A stretch of 64,000 bases of DNA, taken from contig JAFUTV010000025.1 in assembly GCA_017484125.1 (NCBI GenBank), forward strand, positions 1,235 to 65,234, in the 5' to 3' direction. Positions 35,753-45,033 of the stretch are shown here, piece after piece. The notes under the pieces are model-generated. The model did no database searches. It had not been told where the DNA came from and saw nothing but the letters and a program-made list of their open reading frames with translations. Every line of letters starts with the position of its first letter. Position 1 is the stretch's first letter. A program made the translations under genes and the position numbers. Source of the stretch: Bacilli bacterium. Lineage in GTDB: Bacteria; Bacillota_I; Bacilli_A; RF39; UBA660.

Positions 35753-36610
35753 ATGAGAAAAAATGTTAAATTATTAGGATTATTATTAATAAGTGTATTA
35801 TTAAGTGGATGTGTTAAATTAAATGTTAATATGTCTATAAATAGTGATAAAAGTATGGATTTAGATATGATAATGGCTTATTCAAAACAAATTCAACAAT
35901 ATGTGGGTGAAGGAGACACATCTTTTTCAGGAATTGAAGAGTCTAGTGAATATGGTTTTGAAGTAAAGGATTATGAAGATGATTCATACTTTGGTAAACA
36001 AGTAACTAAACATTTTAATAATATTGATGAGATAAGTAGTGAAAGTGATGTTACTGCTAATATTAGTGCTTCAAAAGAAATGAAAAATCTATTTACTGTA
36101 AAAAAAGGATTTTTAAAAAATGTATATAGTGCAAAATTTAAATCTGAAGATGCTAATGATATAAATGAAAAAAGTGAAGATTATAAAAAAATGGGTGATG
36201 AGTATAAAGATATGCTTAATGTCTTAGATTTAAAATATACTATTAATCTTCCAAGTAAAGCAATTTCAAGTAATGCCACTAGTGTTGAAAATAATGGTAA
36301 AAGATTAATTTGGAATTTAAAGGACTTTAAAGATGGTACTATGAATTTTGAATTTGAATTTTATAATATGAATAATGTATTAATGTTGGGTGGAATTATT
36401 TTACTTGTTATTATTATAATAATTGCAGTTATAATTTTTATAAAGAAAAGTAATAATAAAAAACAAGGTAATGAAGTTTTAAATGTTGATACTATAAATA
36501 ATAGTGTTCAAGAGAAAACTGAAACTTTAGATGTAGATATAAATGATAATCAAGAAGTAGTACAACAAGAAAATAATGATGATGAAATACAAATAGATGA
36601 AAATAACTAA
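35753..36610 (+). CDS. Lipoprotein with an additional C-terminal TM anchor and an acidic tail
   Basis: It has lipobox LLSG|C and a C-terminal TM helix (LMLGGIILLVIIIIIAVIIFI). The tail is D/E/N/Q-rich. Confidence 0.65.
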   Translation: MRKNVKLLGLLLISVLLSGCVKLNVNMSINSDKSMDLDMIMAYSKQIQQYVGEGDTSFSGIEESSEYGFEVKDYEDDSYFGKQVTKHFNNIDEISSESDVTANISASKEMKNLFTVKKGFLKNVYSAKFKSEDANDINEKSEDYKKMGDEYKDMLNVLDLKYTINLPSKAISSNATSVENNGKRLIWNLKDFKDGTMNFEFEFYNMNNVLMLGGIILLVIIIIIAVIIFIKKSNNKKQGNEVLNVDTINNSVQEKTETLDVDINDNQEVVQQENNDDEIQIDENN

Positions 36611-36638
36611 AGATGATAAATAATTATCATCTTTTTTT
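36610..36638 (+). terminator. Intrinsic terminator
   Basis: Perfect 10-bp stem AAGATGATAA/TTATCATCTT with a 4-nt loop and T5+. Confidence 0.8.
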
Positions 36639-36641
36639 GTA

Positions 36642-36668
36642 ATAATTGATAAATGAATCACATATGAT
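36642..36668 (+). promoter_or_regulatory. Candidate sigma-E-type promoter for spoIVA
   Basis: ATA (36642-36644), a 16-nt spacer and CATATGAT (36661-36668) compare with ATA-N16-18-CATACAHT. This is a weak call in AT-rich DNA. Confidence 0.3.
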
Positions 36669-36691
36669 GTGGTAGTAAGAGAGTGTGATTT

Positions 36692-38170
36692 ATGAATAAA
36701 GAAAATATAATATTACCTTTAGCTAAAAGAGGTAATGGTGATATCTATTTAGGTGTAGTTGGAGCAGTTAGAACAGGAAAATCAACATTCATAAAAAAAT
36801 TTATACAAGAATTAATTGTTCCAAATATTGATGATGAAATTGAAAGAAAGAGGTATTTAGATGAAATGCCTCAATCAGCAGAAGGTAAAACAATTATGAC
36901 TACTGAGCCAAAATTTGTACCTTCAAATGGTGCAAAAATTAGGGTCGATGATTTTACAGCCAATATTAAACTAATTGATTGTGTAGGATATGTTATACCA
37001 TCATGTAATGGATATATTGATGAAGAAGGAAATCCAAGAATGGTAATGACTCCATGGTTTAGTGAAGCTATTAGCTTTACTCAAGCTGCTAGCATTGGAA
37101 CAGAAAAAGTAATTAAAGATCATTCAACTATTGGCGTAGTTGTAACTACCGATGGTTCTTTTGGGGAAATACAAAGACAAGACTATATTGAAGCAGAAGA
37201 AAAAGTGGTTAATGAACTAAAGGAAATAGGAAAACCATTTATAGTTATTTTAAATAGTTCTAAACCAAATAGTGAAGAAACAAAAAATTTAGCAAATAAT
37301 TTAAGAAATACTTATGATGTTCCTGTTTTACCTATGTCTATTATTGATATGAAAGAAAATGATATTTATAATGTACTTAAAACAGCACTATACGAATTCT
37401 CAGTTTTAGATATTAATTACTCAATTCCTGAATGGATTCATATATTAGATAAAAATAATGAAGTAAAAAAGCATTATTTAGAATTAATTAAAAATAGTTC
37501 TTTTGAAATAAAAAAATTAAAAGATGTAGATAATATACTTGATACATTTAAAGATTCTACTTATATTAATAATGCGTTTATTTCTAATGTTGATGCAGCA
37601 AGTGGAGTTGTAACAGTCAATTTAGATAGTAGCGATGAATTATACAATGAAGTATTAAATTCAATGATTGGTGAATCAGTTAATTCCAAAGCTGCAATGC
37701 TTAAAGTATTTCAAACCTATAAAAGTGGTAAAGAAGAATTTGATTGTTTAAGAAGTGCATTAAAACAAGCTAAAACATCAGGTTATGGGATTGTATATCC
37801 AACATTAAAAGATATGAAATTAGATACTCCAGAAATAATTAAACAAGGTTCTCGTTATGGAGTTAAATTAAAAGCACTTGCTTCAAGTATTCATTTAATA
37901 AAAGTTGATGTTGAAAGTACTTTTGAACCAATTATAGGTAGTGAAGTTCAAAGTAAAGAATTAATTGATTATTTAATGAAAGATTCTAATTCTGATCCGG
38001 AAAGTATTTGGCATAGTGAAATATTCGGTAGAAGTTTAAATGAAATGGTTGAAGAAGGAATAAAAGCTAAACTTTCTATAATGCCTGATAATACTAAATA
38101 TAAATTATCTCAAACTGTAACAAAAATAGTAAATAAAGGTGCTAATAATTTAATAGCTATTGTTCTATAA
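36692..38170 (+). CDS. spoIVA: Stage IV sporulation protein A (coat basement-layer ATPase)
   Basis: GDIYLGVVGAVRTGKSTFIKKF and LPQSAEGKTIMTTEPKFVP are near-identical to B. subtilis SpoIVA. The length of 492 aa matches. Confidence 0.95.
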   Translation: MNKENIILPLAKRGNGDIYLGVVGAVRTGKSTFIKKFIQELIVPNIDDEIERKRYLDEMPQSAEGKTIMTTEPKFVPSNGAKIRVDDFTANIKLIDCVGYVIPSCNGYIDEEGNPRMVMTPWFSEAISFTQAASIGTEKVIKDHSTIGVVVTTDGSFGEIQRQDYIEAEEKVVNELKEIGKPFIVILNSSKPNSEETKNLANNLRNTYDVPVLPMSIIDMKENDIYNVLKTALYEFSVLDINYSIPEWIHILDKNNEVKKHYLELIKNSSFEIKKLKDVDNILDTFKDSTYINNAFISNVDAASGVVTVNLDSSDELYNEVLNSMIGESVNSKAAMLKVFQTYKSGKEEFDCLRSALKQAKTSGYGIVYPTLKDMKLDTPEIIKQGSRYGVKLKALASSIHLIKVDVESTFEPIIGSEVQSKELIDYLMKDSNSDPESIWHSEIFGRSLNEMVEEGIKAKLSIMPDNTKYKLSQTVTKIVNKGANNLIAIVL

Positions 38171-38258
38171 ATATATGTAAATACATGTAAAATAGGGCTA
38201 TAAATAGTAAAATTTTTACATAAAATCAATAAAAATTATAAAAAAATAACAATTTTTC

Positions 38259-38288
38259 TTGATTTTGCCTACTTATTTATGCTAAATT
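38259..38288 (+). promoter_or_regulatory. Candidate sigma-A promoter for hup
   Basis: TTGATT (38259-38264), an 18-nt spacer ending in TGc, then TAAATT (38283-38288). Confidence 0.4.
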
Positions 38289-38347
38289 CAAAGTGTAAGG
38301 ATAATATGCCTTATCCCAAACAATTTACAAATAAGGAGGTAATTATA

Positions 38348-38620
38348 ATGGGAAAAACTGATTTAGTTGAAGTTGTAGCTGCTAAAGCTGGACTTTCAAA
38401 AGCTGATGCTACTAGAGCAATCGATGCTGCTTTAGAAGGAATCAAAAGTGGACTTAAAAAGGAAGGAAAAGTAACTCTTGTTGGATTTGGTACTTTTAAA
38501 GTAACAAAAAGAGCTGCTAGAGATGGTAGAAACCCATTAACTGGTAAAGCACTTCATATTCCTGCTAGAAACGCTGTTTCATTCAAAGCTGGATCTAAAT
38601 TAAAAGATAGTGTTAACTAA
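38348..38620 (+). CDS. hup: DNA-binding protein HU
   Basis: ATG 38348 follows AAGGAGGT. It carries MGKTDLVEVVAAKAGLSKADA....GFGTF.V..RAAR.GRNP.TG..L.I.A......FKAG..LK, the HU/IHF signature. Confidence 0.95.
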   Translation: MGKTDLVEVVAAKAGLSKADATRAIDAALEGIKSGLKKEGKVTLVGFGTFKVTKRAARDGRNPLTGKALHIPARNAVSFKAGSKLKDSVN

Positions 38621-38637
38621 TTAAGGTTACCAAGAAT

Positions 38638-38660
38638 AAACGAGTTTAACTCGTTTTTTT
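38638..38660 (+). terminator. Intrinsic terminator after hup
   Basis: AAACGAG/CTCGTTT stem followed by T-run. Confidence 0.7.
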
Positions 38661-38807
38661 CATTGAAAAATATTTATTTTGTTTAAAATATATGATAGCA
38701 TATTATTTATTAAATCATGGTTTTGGAAAAGATAGTAAAGTATAGTTATTTATTGTCGCAATAACTATAAAAATAAGTTATAATATTTAATAGGAAGTGA
38801 ATGATTT

Positions 38808-39881
38808 ATGAACATAGTAAATAAAAGATTTATTTCATTAATTATTGGAATTATTTTACTTGTTATTGCTTTATTTATGAATAGTTTTAATTTATTAAGG
38901 GCTATTTTATGTTTATTAAGTATTATATTATTAACTTATTCTAATCAATTAGAAAGAACAAATAAAAGATTATTTAGTATTTTATTTGTTATAATATTTT
39001 CTTTATTTGTCATATCACTTGATTATTTATTTGTGGCATATTTTAAGAAGACTCCAATATTAACATATAATATAGTTAGTAGTGAATATGGAACCGTATA
39101 TAATGCTATTGGTTATAGAGTTTGGAAATGCAGTGATAAGTCTTTTAAAGTAGATCCGTTATATAAATTAGGTTATTATTGTGAAAAAGAAAGTATGTCT
39201 TCTGAAAATATTAATAATGTATTATCAACTATAATAAATAATTTTGATCAATATAAGGGTAGTTATGTCAAAATAATAGGAAGAGTATCAAATGTAATAG
39301 ATAATACTAAATTTTATATGCAATCATATAAAGAAGAAGATAATATGATAAAATTTGATGAAACTAACAAATTATATGTTGAATTTAATTATGCTAATAA
39401 TAGCGTATTAAATTTAGAAACTAATGCTATTGTAACTGTTGTTGGTAAAATTGATAGAAAAGTTGGAAATGATATTTTTATGATTGATTCAACATTTAAT
39501 AAAGAAACAACGTCATCTGGGGATGTCACATTTGGAGCTGAATCAAATATTTATTGTGAATATGATAAAGAACTCTGGTTTCAAACAAGTGATAATATTT
39601 ATTATAAATCTTGTATAGATGATGTAAATATTACTATTGGAAGTAATCAATATAATTTACAAAATGCTATGAGAAATAATTTGATTACTCTACAAGAAAT
39701 AGAAGATGAATCTCTTGGATATCAAAAACAAAGTAAAGATGATTCAACAATGTATAATTTTAAAGATTTTAAAATATTAGTATGTGATCCTAAATATAGT
39801 ACTGATGTAATAGTAGGAAAAACAACAATGGAATTTAGTGATGGATATTGTAACGTATATAATGATGATAGAGGTGTATAA
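38808..39881 (+). CDS. Hypothetical membrane protein (three N-terminal TM helices plus a globular domain)
   Basis: The ORF has an SD (GGAAGTGA). I recognise no family. Confidence 0.55.
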   Translation: MNIVNKRFISLIIGIILLVIALFMNSFNLLRAILCLLSIILLTYSNQLERTNKRLFSILFVIIFSLFVISLDYLFVAYFKKTPILTYNIVSSEYGTVYNAIGYRVWKCSDKSFKVDPLYKLGYYCEKESMSSENINNVLSTIINNFDQYKGSYVKIIGRVSNVIDNTKFYMQSYKEEDNMIKFDETNKLYVEFNYANNSVLNLETNAIVTVVGKIDRKVGNDIFMIDSTFNKETTSSGDVTFGAESNIYCEYDKELWFQTSDNIYYKSCIDDVNITIGSNQYNLQNAMRNNLITLQEIEDESLGYQKQSKDDSTMYNFKDFKILVCDPKYSTDVIVGKTTMEFSDGYCNVYNDDRGV

Positions 39882-39883
39882 AA

Positions 39884-40477
39884 ATGAAAGAAAGTAAATT
39901 TTGGATATGGTTTATTCCTCTTTTTATAATAATGTGTATAGGTATTTATATATTATTATTAAGGGGAAGTGATACTAAAAAAGTAGTTGAAGAGCCAAAA
40001 AATAATGATGCAATAAAAATAAAAGAAGAATATGAAAATTATAATAGTGTTGAAGGAATGATTAAGGTTAGTTTGAGTGAACACAATGCTTATGTTTATC
40101 AAAGTGAAGAAAATATTAAACACTTAATTGAAAACAGTGATGGACTTATCTATTTTGGCGAAGTTTCTTCTTTTGAAGCTAGAAAGACTATTGCTGTATT
40201 AGATGAAGCAGTTTCTTCCACTAGTATTACAAATATTTTTTATCTAGATGTTAGTAAATTAAGTGAAGATTTTAAAAATTATTTATTAGAAAAATTTAGT
40301 GTAAAAGATATTATGCCTGGAACACTTGTTAGTATTCAAAAGGGAAATGTTTTAGAGATTAATTATCCACAAGTTTTTGGTAATACAGAGTTAACTGATA
40401 AAGAACATGAACAATTATTGAAATCGTATCAAAAAATACTTAAAAGTTTTGTTGATGCTTGCGATGAAAGTTGCTAG
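39884..40477 (+). CDS. Membrane-anchored thioredoxin-fold-like protein lacking the CxxC motif, tentative
   Basis: It has an N-terminal TM helix. GLIYFGEVSSFEARK aligns with the G.IYFG...CPYC pattern of thioredoxin-like accessory proteins, but with SSFE in place of CxxC. The C-terminus ends CDESC. Confidence 0.35.
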   Translation: MKESKFWIWFIPLFIIMCIGIYILLLRGSDTKKVVEEPKNNDAIKIKEEYENYNSVEGMIKVSLSEHNAYVYQSEENIKHLIENSDGLIYFGEVSSFEARKTIAVLDEAVSSTSITNIFYLDVSKLSEDFKNYLLEKFSVKDIMPGTLVSIQKGNVLEINYPQVFGNTELTDKEHEQLLKSYQKILKSFVDACDESC

Positions 40478-40485
40478 GAGGTTTT

Positions 40486-41040
40486 ATGTATAATTATATT
40501 AAAGGTAAAGTTGTTGAGGTTACATCAAATTATATTGTAATAGATAATAATAATATAGGATATCAAGTATATACGGGTAACCCTTTTGAATTTCAAGAAG
40601 GACAAGAATATACAGTTTATGTTTATCAAAAAATAGCGGAAGATGATAATAGTTTATATGGATTTAAAACTAAAGAACAAAAAGAATTATTTTTAAAGTT
40701 AATTGATGTTAAGGGATTAGGTCCTAAAATGGCTCTTCCAATGATTGCACTTGGTTCAGTTAATGGTATTATTGATGCTATAGATAGAGAAAATATTTTA
40801 TATTTAAAGAAGTTTCCTAAGATTGGAGATAAGGTTGCAAGACAAATTATTCTTGATTTAAAAGGAAAACTAACTGCTGATAGTGCAAATGAAAATGATG
40901 GTAGTGTTAATGAATTAATTGAGGTATTGGAATCTCTTGGTTATAAAAAGCCAGATATAAAAAGAGTTATACCACAAATTGATCCAAGTGAAAGTCTTGA
41001 AGCTCAAGTTAAGAGCGCATTAAGATTAATGTTAAAATAA
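40486..41040 (+). CDS. ruvA: Holliday junction branch migration complex subunit RuvA
   Basis: It carries MYNYIKGKV.....YIVIDNNNIGYQV and the HhH segment LI.VKGLGPK.AL. It lies directly upstream of ruvB. Confidence 0.9.
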   Translation: MYNYIKGKVVEVTSNYIVIDNNNIGYQVYTGNPFEFQEGQEYTVYVYQKIAEDDNSLYGFKTKEQKELFLKLIDVKGLGPKMALPMIALGSVNGIIDAIDRENILYLKKFPKIGDKVARQIILDLKGKLTADSANENDGSVNELIEVLESLGYKKPDIKRVIPQIDPSESLEAQVKSALRLMLK

Positions 41041-41061
41041 TAAAAATATAAGGAGGTTAAA

Positions 41062-42084
41062 ATGAGCAAAGAAAATCAAAATGAATTATATAACTTAGAT
41101 AGACAAACAACTGATTTAGAAATTGATCAAAATATTAGACCTGAAAGACTAGATGAATATGTTGGACAAGAAGAAATTAAAGAAAATATTAGAGTGTTTA
41201 TCAATGCTGCTAAGATGAGAAATGAAGTATTAGATCATGTTTTACTTTATGGACCTCCTGGGCTTGGTAAAACAACTTTAGCTCATATTATAGCTAATGA
41301 ACTTGGTGTTAATATTAAAACTGCATCAGGTCCATCAATAGAAAAAAGTGGGGATTTAGCAGCTATACTTTCAACTTTAGAACCAAATGATGTATTATTT
41401 ATTGATGAAATACATCGTATGCCTAGATTTATTGAAGAAATTTTATATCCTGCAATGGAAGATTTTGAATTTGATATAGTAATTGGTCAAGAAGGTAATG
41501 CTCGAAATATTAAAATAGATTTACCACCATTTACTTTAGTAGGAGCTACAACTAGAGCGGGAGATATATCTTCACCATTAAGGGATAGATTTGGTATTGT
41601 ATCAAAATTAAATTATTATACCGATGATGAACTACAAAAAATAATTGAAAGAACTTCACGTGTTCTTGATATGCCAATTGAAAGTGATGCTGCAAAAGAA
41701 CTTGCTAAGCGTTCAAGAAAAACACCAAGAATAGCTAATCGTTTATTTAAAAGAGTTAGGGATTTTGCTTTAGTTAATGGAGATGAGGTTATTACTAGGG
41801 AAATAACAATGTCTTCTTTAGAAAGATTGCATGTAGATCAATATGGTCTTGATCAAATAGATATTGAATATTTAACTTCTTTAATTAATAAATTTAATGG
41901 CGGACCTGTTGGTGTTGAAACTATTGCTACATCAATTGGAGAAGAAGTATCAACAATTGAGGATGTAGTAGAACCATTTCTTTTACAAGAAGGATTTATT
42001 AAAAGAACTCAAAGGGGAAGAGTTGCAACAGATAAAGCATATGATCATTTAAAGATTGCTCATTATCCAGATGCTTTATTTTAA
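41062..42084 (+). CDS. ruvB: Holliday junction ATP-dependent DNA helicase RuvB
   Basis: [41 protein letters not shown] and RTPRIANRL motifs are present. Confidence 0.97.
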   Translation: MSKENQNELYNLDRQTTDLEIDQNIRPERLDEYVGQEEIKENIRVFINAAKMRNEVLDHVLLYGPPGLGKTTLAHIIANELGVNIKTASGPSIEKSGDLAAILSTLEPNDVLFIDEIHRMPRFIEEILYPAMEDFEFDIVIGQEGNARNIKIDLPPFTLVGATTRAGDISSPLRDRFGIVSKLNYYTDDELQKIIERTSRVLDMPIESDAAKELAKRSRKTPRIANRLFKRVRDFALVNGDEVITREITMSSLERLHVDQYGLDQIDIEYLTSLINKFNGGPVGVETIATSIGEEVSTIEDVVEPFLLQEGFIKRTQRGRVATDKAYDHLKIAHYPDALF

Positions 42085-42098
42085 ATAAGGGAGGTTTT

Positions 42099-44960
42099 AT
42101 GTATAATACACTTGGGATTAAAACAGATTATTCAATTTTAAAAAGCTTAATCAAAATTACTGATTTAGTTTCTTTTTGTGTTATAAATAAAATACCTTTT
42201 ATTGGAATTGTTGATGATAATTTATTTGGATCAATAGAATTTTATGATCAATGTAAAAAAAATAATATTAATCCAATTATCGGAATAGATGTATCAATAG
42301 ATGATAAACATATGTATTTATTTGCTAAAAACTATATAGGATATAAAACATTACTTAAAATTAATACACTAATACAAAATAAAGAAATAAGTATTGATAA
42401 AATAAAAGAATACAATAAAGATGTAATTATGGTTATACCATTTAATGTAAAAGATTTTTATTATGAATTTAAAGATGTATTTAATACTTATATTTCATAT
42501 AGTAATGATTATGAAGAAAAAAATTCATTAATATTAACAAGTAAAGTAATACCTTTTAATATTTGTAATTGTCTTAAAAAAAATGATGAGTATTTTAAAA
42601 TATTAGATAATATTAGAAATGATGAAATAAAAACTATTTCTAATCAAATTCAAAAAATATCAGAAAGCGATTATCAAAGATTATTATCTTTTTCTAAAAA
42701 TATAAATATAGAAATTGAAAAATCTTTAAGACATATACCAAAATATTCTAATGAAATTAAAGACAGCTTTAAATATTTGTATGCATTGTGCCATAAAGGT
42801 CTTGAAAAAAGATTAGGCAATCATTTATTAGATAATTATGTACAAAGATTAAATTATGAATTAAAAATAATTAATGAAATGGGTTTTGTTGATTATTTCT
42901 TAATTGTTTATGATTATGTAAAATATGCTAAAACTCATAATATAATGGTTGGACCTGGAAGGGGAAGTGCTGCTGGATCCCTTGTTTCATATTCAATTGG
43001 AATAACTAATATTGACCCTATAAAATATAATTTGTTGTTTGAAAGATTCTTAAATCCAGATAGAGTTACTATGCCTGATATTGATATAGATTTTGAGGAT
43101 ACTAAAAGACATGAGATGATTGATTATATCAAGAAAAGATATGGAGAAAATTTTGCGGCTCCAATTATGACTTTTGGAAGTCTTGGACCAAGACAGGCAA
43201 TACTTGATGTTGCTAAATATTATAATATTGATGCTAGTGCTTTAACAAAATCAATTATTTCAAAAGATAGTTTAAAAGATAATTTAAAAAATGAAAAAAT
43301 ACAAAGAATATTAAAATTACATAGTAATTTAAAGCAAATTTATAAAATTGCAATGGATTTAGAGGGTATAAAAAGACAAATTGGAACAATTGCTGCTGGT
43401 GTTGCAGTTTGTGATTTACCACTTGATGAATTAGTTCCAATATGTATGCAATCAGGAAATTTATTAGTAGGTTTAACTAAAGATTATTTAGAGGAACTTG
43501 GAATTTTAAAAATGGATGTTTTAGCAGTATCTAATTTAAGAATTATCCATAATTTATTAGATAAAATTAACAATGATATAAACATAAATAAAATAGATTT
43601 TAATGACAAAAAGGTATTAGAGTTATTTGCTAAGGGAGATACTTTATGTATATTTCAATTTGAAAGTGAAGGTATGCGTTCATTTCTAAAAAGATTAAAG
43701 CCTAGTTCTTTTAGTGATTTATACGCATCCCTTGCATTATATCGTCCTGGACCAATGGGATTTATTGATGATTTTATTAAAAGAAAAGAAGGAAAAGAAA
43801 AAATTGATTATATAGACGAAAGATTAAAGGATATTTTAGTTGAGTCATATGGTATAATTATTTATCAAGAACAAATAATGCTGATTTTAATTAAAATGGC
43901 TAATTATAGTTTTAGTCAAGCAGATAATATAAGAAGAGCAATGTCAAAGAAAAAAGAAGATATAATATTAAAAGAAAAACAGCATTTTATCAGTAATTCA
44001 ATTAAAAATGGATACTTGAAAGAAGTTGCAGAATCTACATATGATAAAATACTTAAATTTGCAGAATATGGCTTTAATAAATCCCATAGTGTTGCTTATG
44101 CTATTATTGCATACGAGCAAGCATATTTAAAGACATATTATAAAGAATATTTTATCGCTAATTTATTTAATATGAATTTAAATAATAGTGAAAAAATAAA
44201 TGAATATATATTACTTGCTAAAGAAAATGATGTTAATATACTTAAACCAAGTATTAATTTGAGTAGTAAAGAATGTTTAATAGAAAATAATAGTTTAAGG
44301 CTTCCAATAAGTATTATAAAAAATGTAGGATCTTTAGCTGAAGAAGAAATATTAAAAGAAAGAAATAAACCATTTCTTGATTATTTTGATTTTGTTAAAA
44401 GATGCTATTGTAAAAATGTTAATAAAAAAGTGATAGAATCATTAATTTTTTCTGGTGCTTTAGATGAATTTAAAGTTACTCGTCATAGTTTAATTGAAAA
44501 TATTGATAATGCAATTATGTACTGTGAATTAAGTTCTAATTTAGATGAAACATTAGTAGAAAAACCAATATTAGAAAAAATTGAAGAATATCCAAAAGAA
44601 GAATTAATTAAGCAAGAATTTAATTCATTTGGTTTTTATATCAATAATCATCCAGCAAGTAAATATCAAGGTAAAGAAATTGTAAAATTAAATAATATTG
44701 AAAATTACTTTAATAAATTTATTAAATGTGTTGTTATAATAGATAAGGTTAGAATTATTAAAACTAAAAAAGGTGATAATATGGCAATTATTAAGGGAAG
44801 TGATGACTTTTCTTCAATGGAATTTATATTATTTCCAACAAGTTTTAATTTGTTAAAAAATATTAAAGAACAAGATTTAGTTACAATAACTGGTAAGGTT
44901 ACAAAAAGATTAAGTGATATTCAAATTACTATAAATAATATGGAAAAAATAAGTAAATAA
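42099..44960 (+). CDS. dnaE: DNA polymerase III alpha subunit, DnaE type (short, 953 aa)
   Basis: GPGRGSAAGSLVSYSIGIT.IDP, NLLFERFLNP.R..MPDIDIDF, the palm/fingers motifs YRPGPM, FNKSHS.AYA and a C-terminal OB region are present. Confidence 0.9.
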   Translation: MYNTLGIKTDYSILKSLIKITDLVSFCVINKIPFIGIVDDNLFGSIEFYDQCKKNNINPIIGIDVSIDDKHMYLFAKNYIGYKTLLKINTLIQNKEISIDKIKEYNKDVIMVIPFNVKDFYYEFKDVFNTYISYSNDYEEKNSLILTSKVIPFNICNCLKKNDEYFKILDNIRNDEIKTISNQIQKISESDYQRLLSFSKNINIEIEKSLRHIPKYSNEIKDSFKYLYALCHKGLEKRLGNHLLDNYVQRLNYELKIINEMGFVDYFLIVYDYVKYAKTHNIMVGPGRGSAAGSLVSYSIGITNIDPIKYNLLFERFLNPDRVTMPDIDIDFEDTKRHEMIDYIKKRYGENFAAPIMTFGSLGPRQAILDVAKYYNIDASALTKSIISKDSLKDNLKNEKIQRILKLHSNLKQIYKIAMDLEGIKRQIGTIAAGVAVCDLPLDELVPICMQSGNLLVGLTKDYLEELGILKMDVLAVSNLRIIHNLLDKINNDININKIDFNDKKVLELFAKGDTLCIFQFESEGMRSFLKRLKPSSFSDLYASLALYRPGPMGFIDDFIKRKEGKEKIDYIDERLKDILVESYGIIIYQEQIMLILIKMANYSFSQADNIRRAMSKKKEDIILKEKQHFISNSIKNGYLKEVAESTYDKILKFAEYGFNKSHSVAYAIIAYEQAYLKTYYKEYFIANLFNMNLNNSEKINEYILLAKENDVNILKPSINLSSKECLIENNSLRLPISIIKNVGSLAEEEILKERNKPFLDYFDFVKRCYCKNVNKKVIESLIFSGALDEFKVTRHSLIENIDNAIMYCELSSNLDETLVEKPILEKIEEYPKEELIKQEFNSFGFYINNHPASKYQGKEIVKLNNIENYFNKFIKCVVIIDKVRIIKTKKGDNMAIIKGSDDFSSMEFILFPTSFNLLKNIKEQDLVTITGKVTKRLSDIQITINNMEKISK

Positions 44961-45033
44961 GTTATTTACTTATTAAAAGAATTAATTTATAATAAGTTTT
45001 AAATGTAAAAAATAAAAGAAGGAAGGTAGTAAA

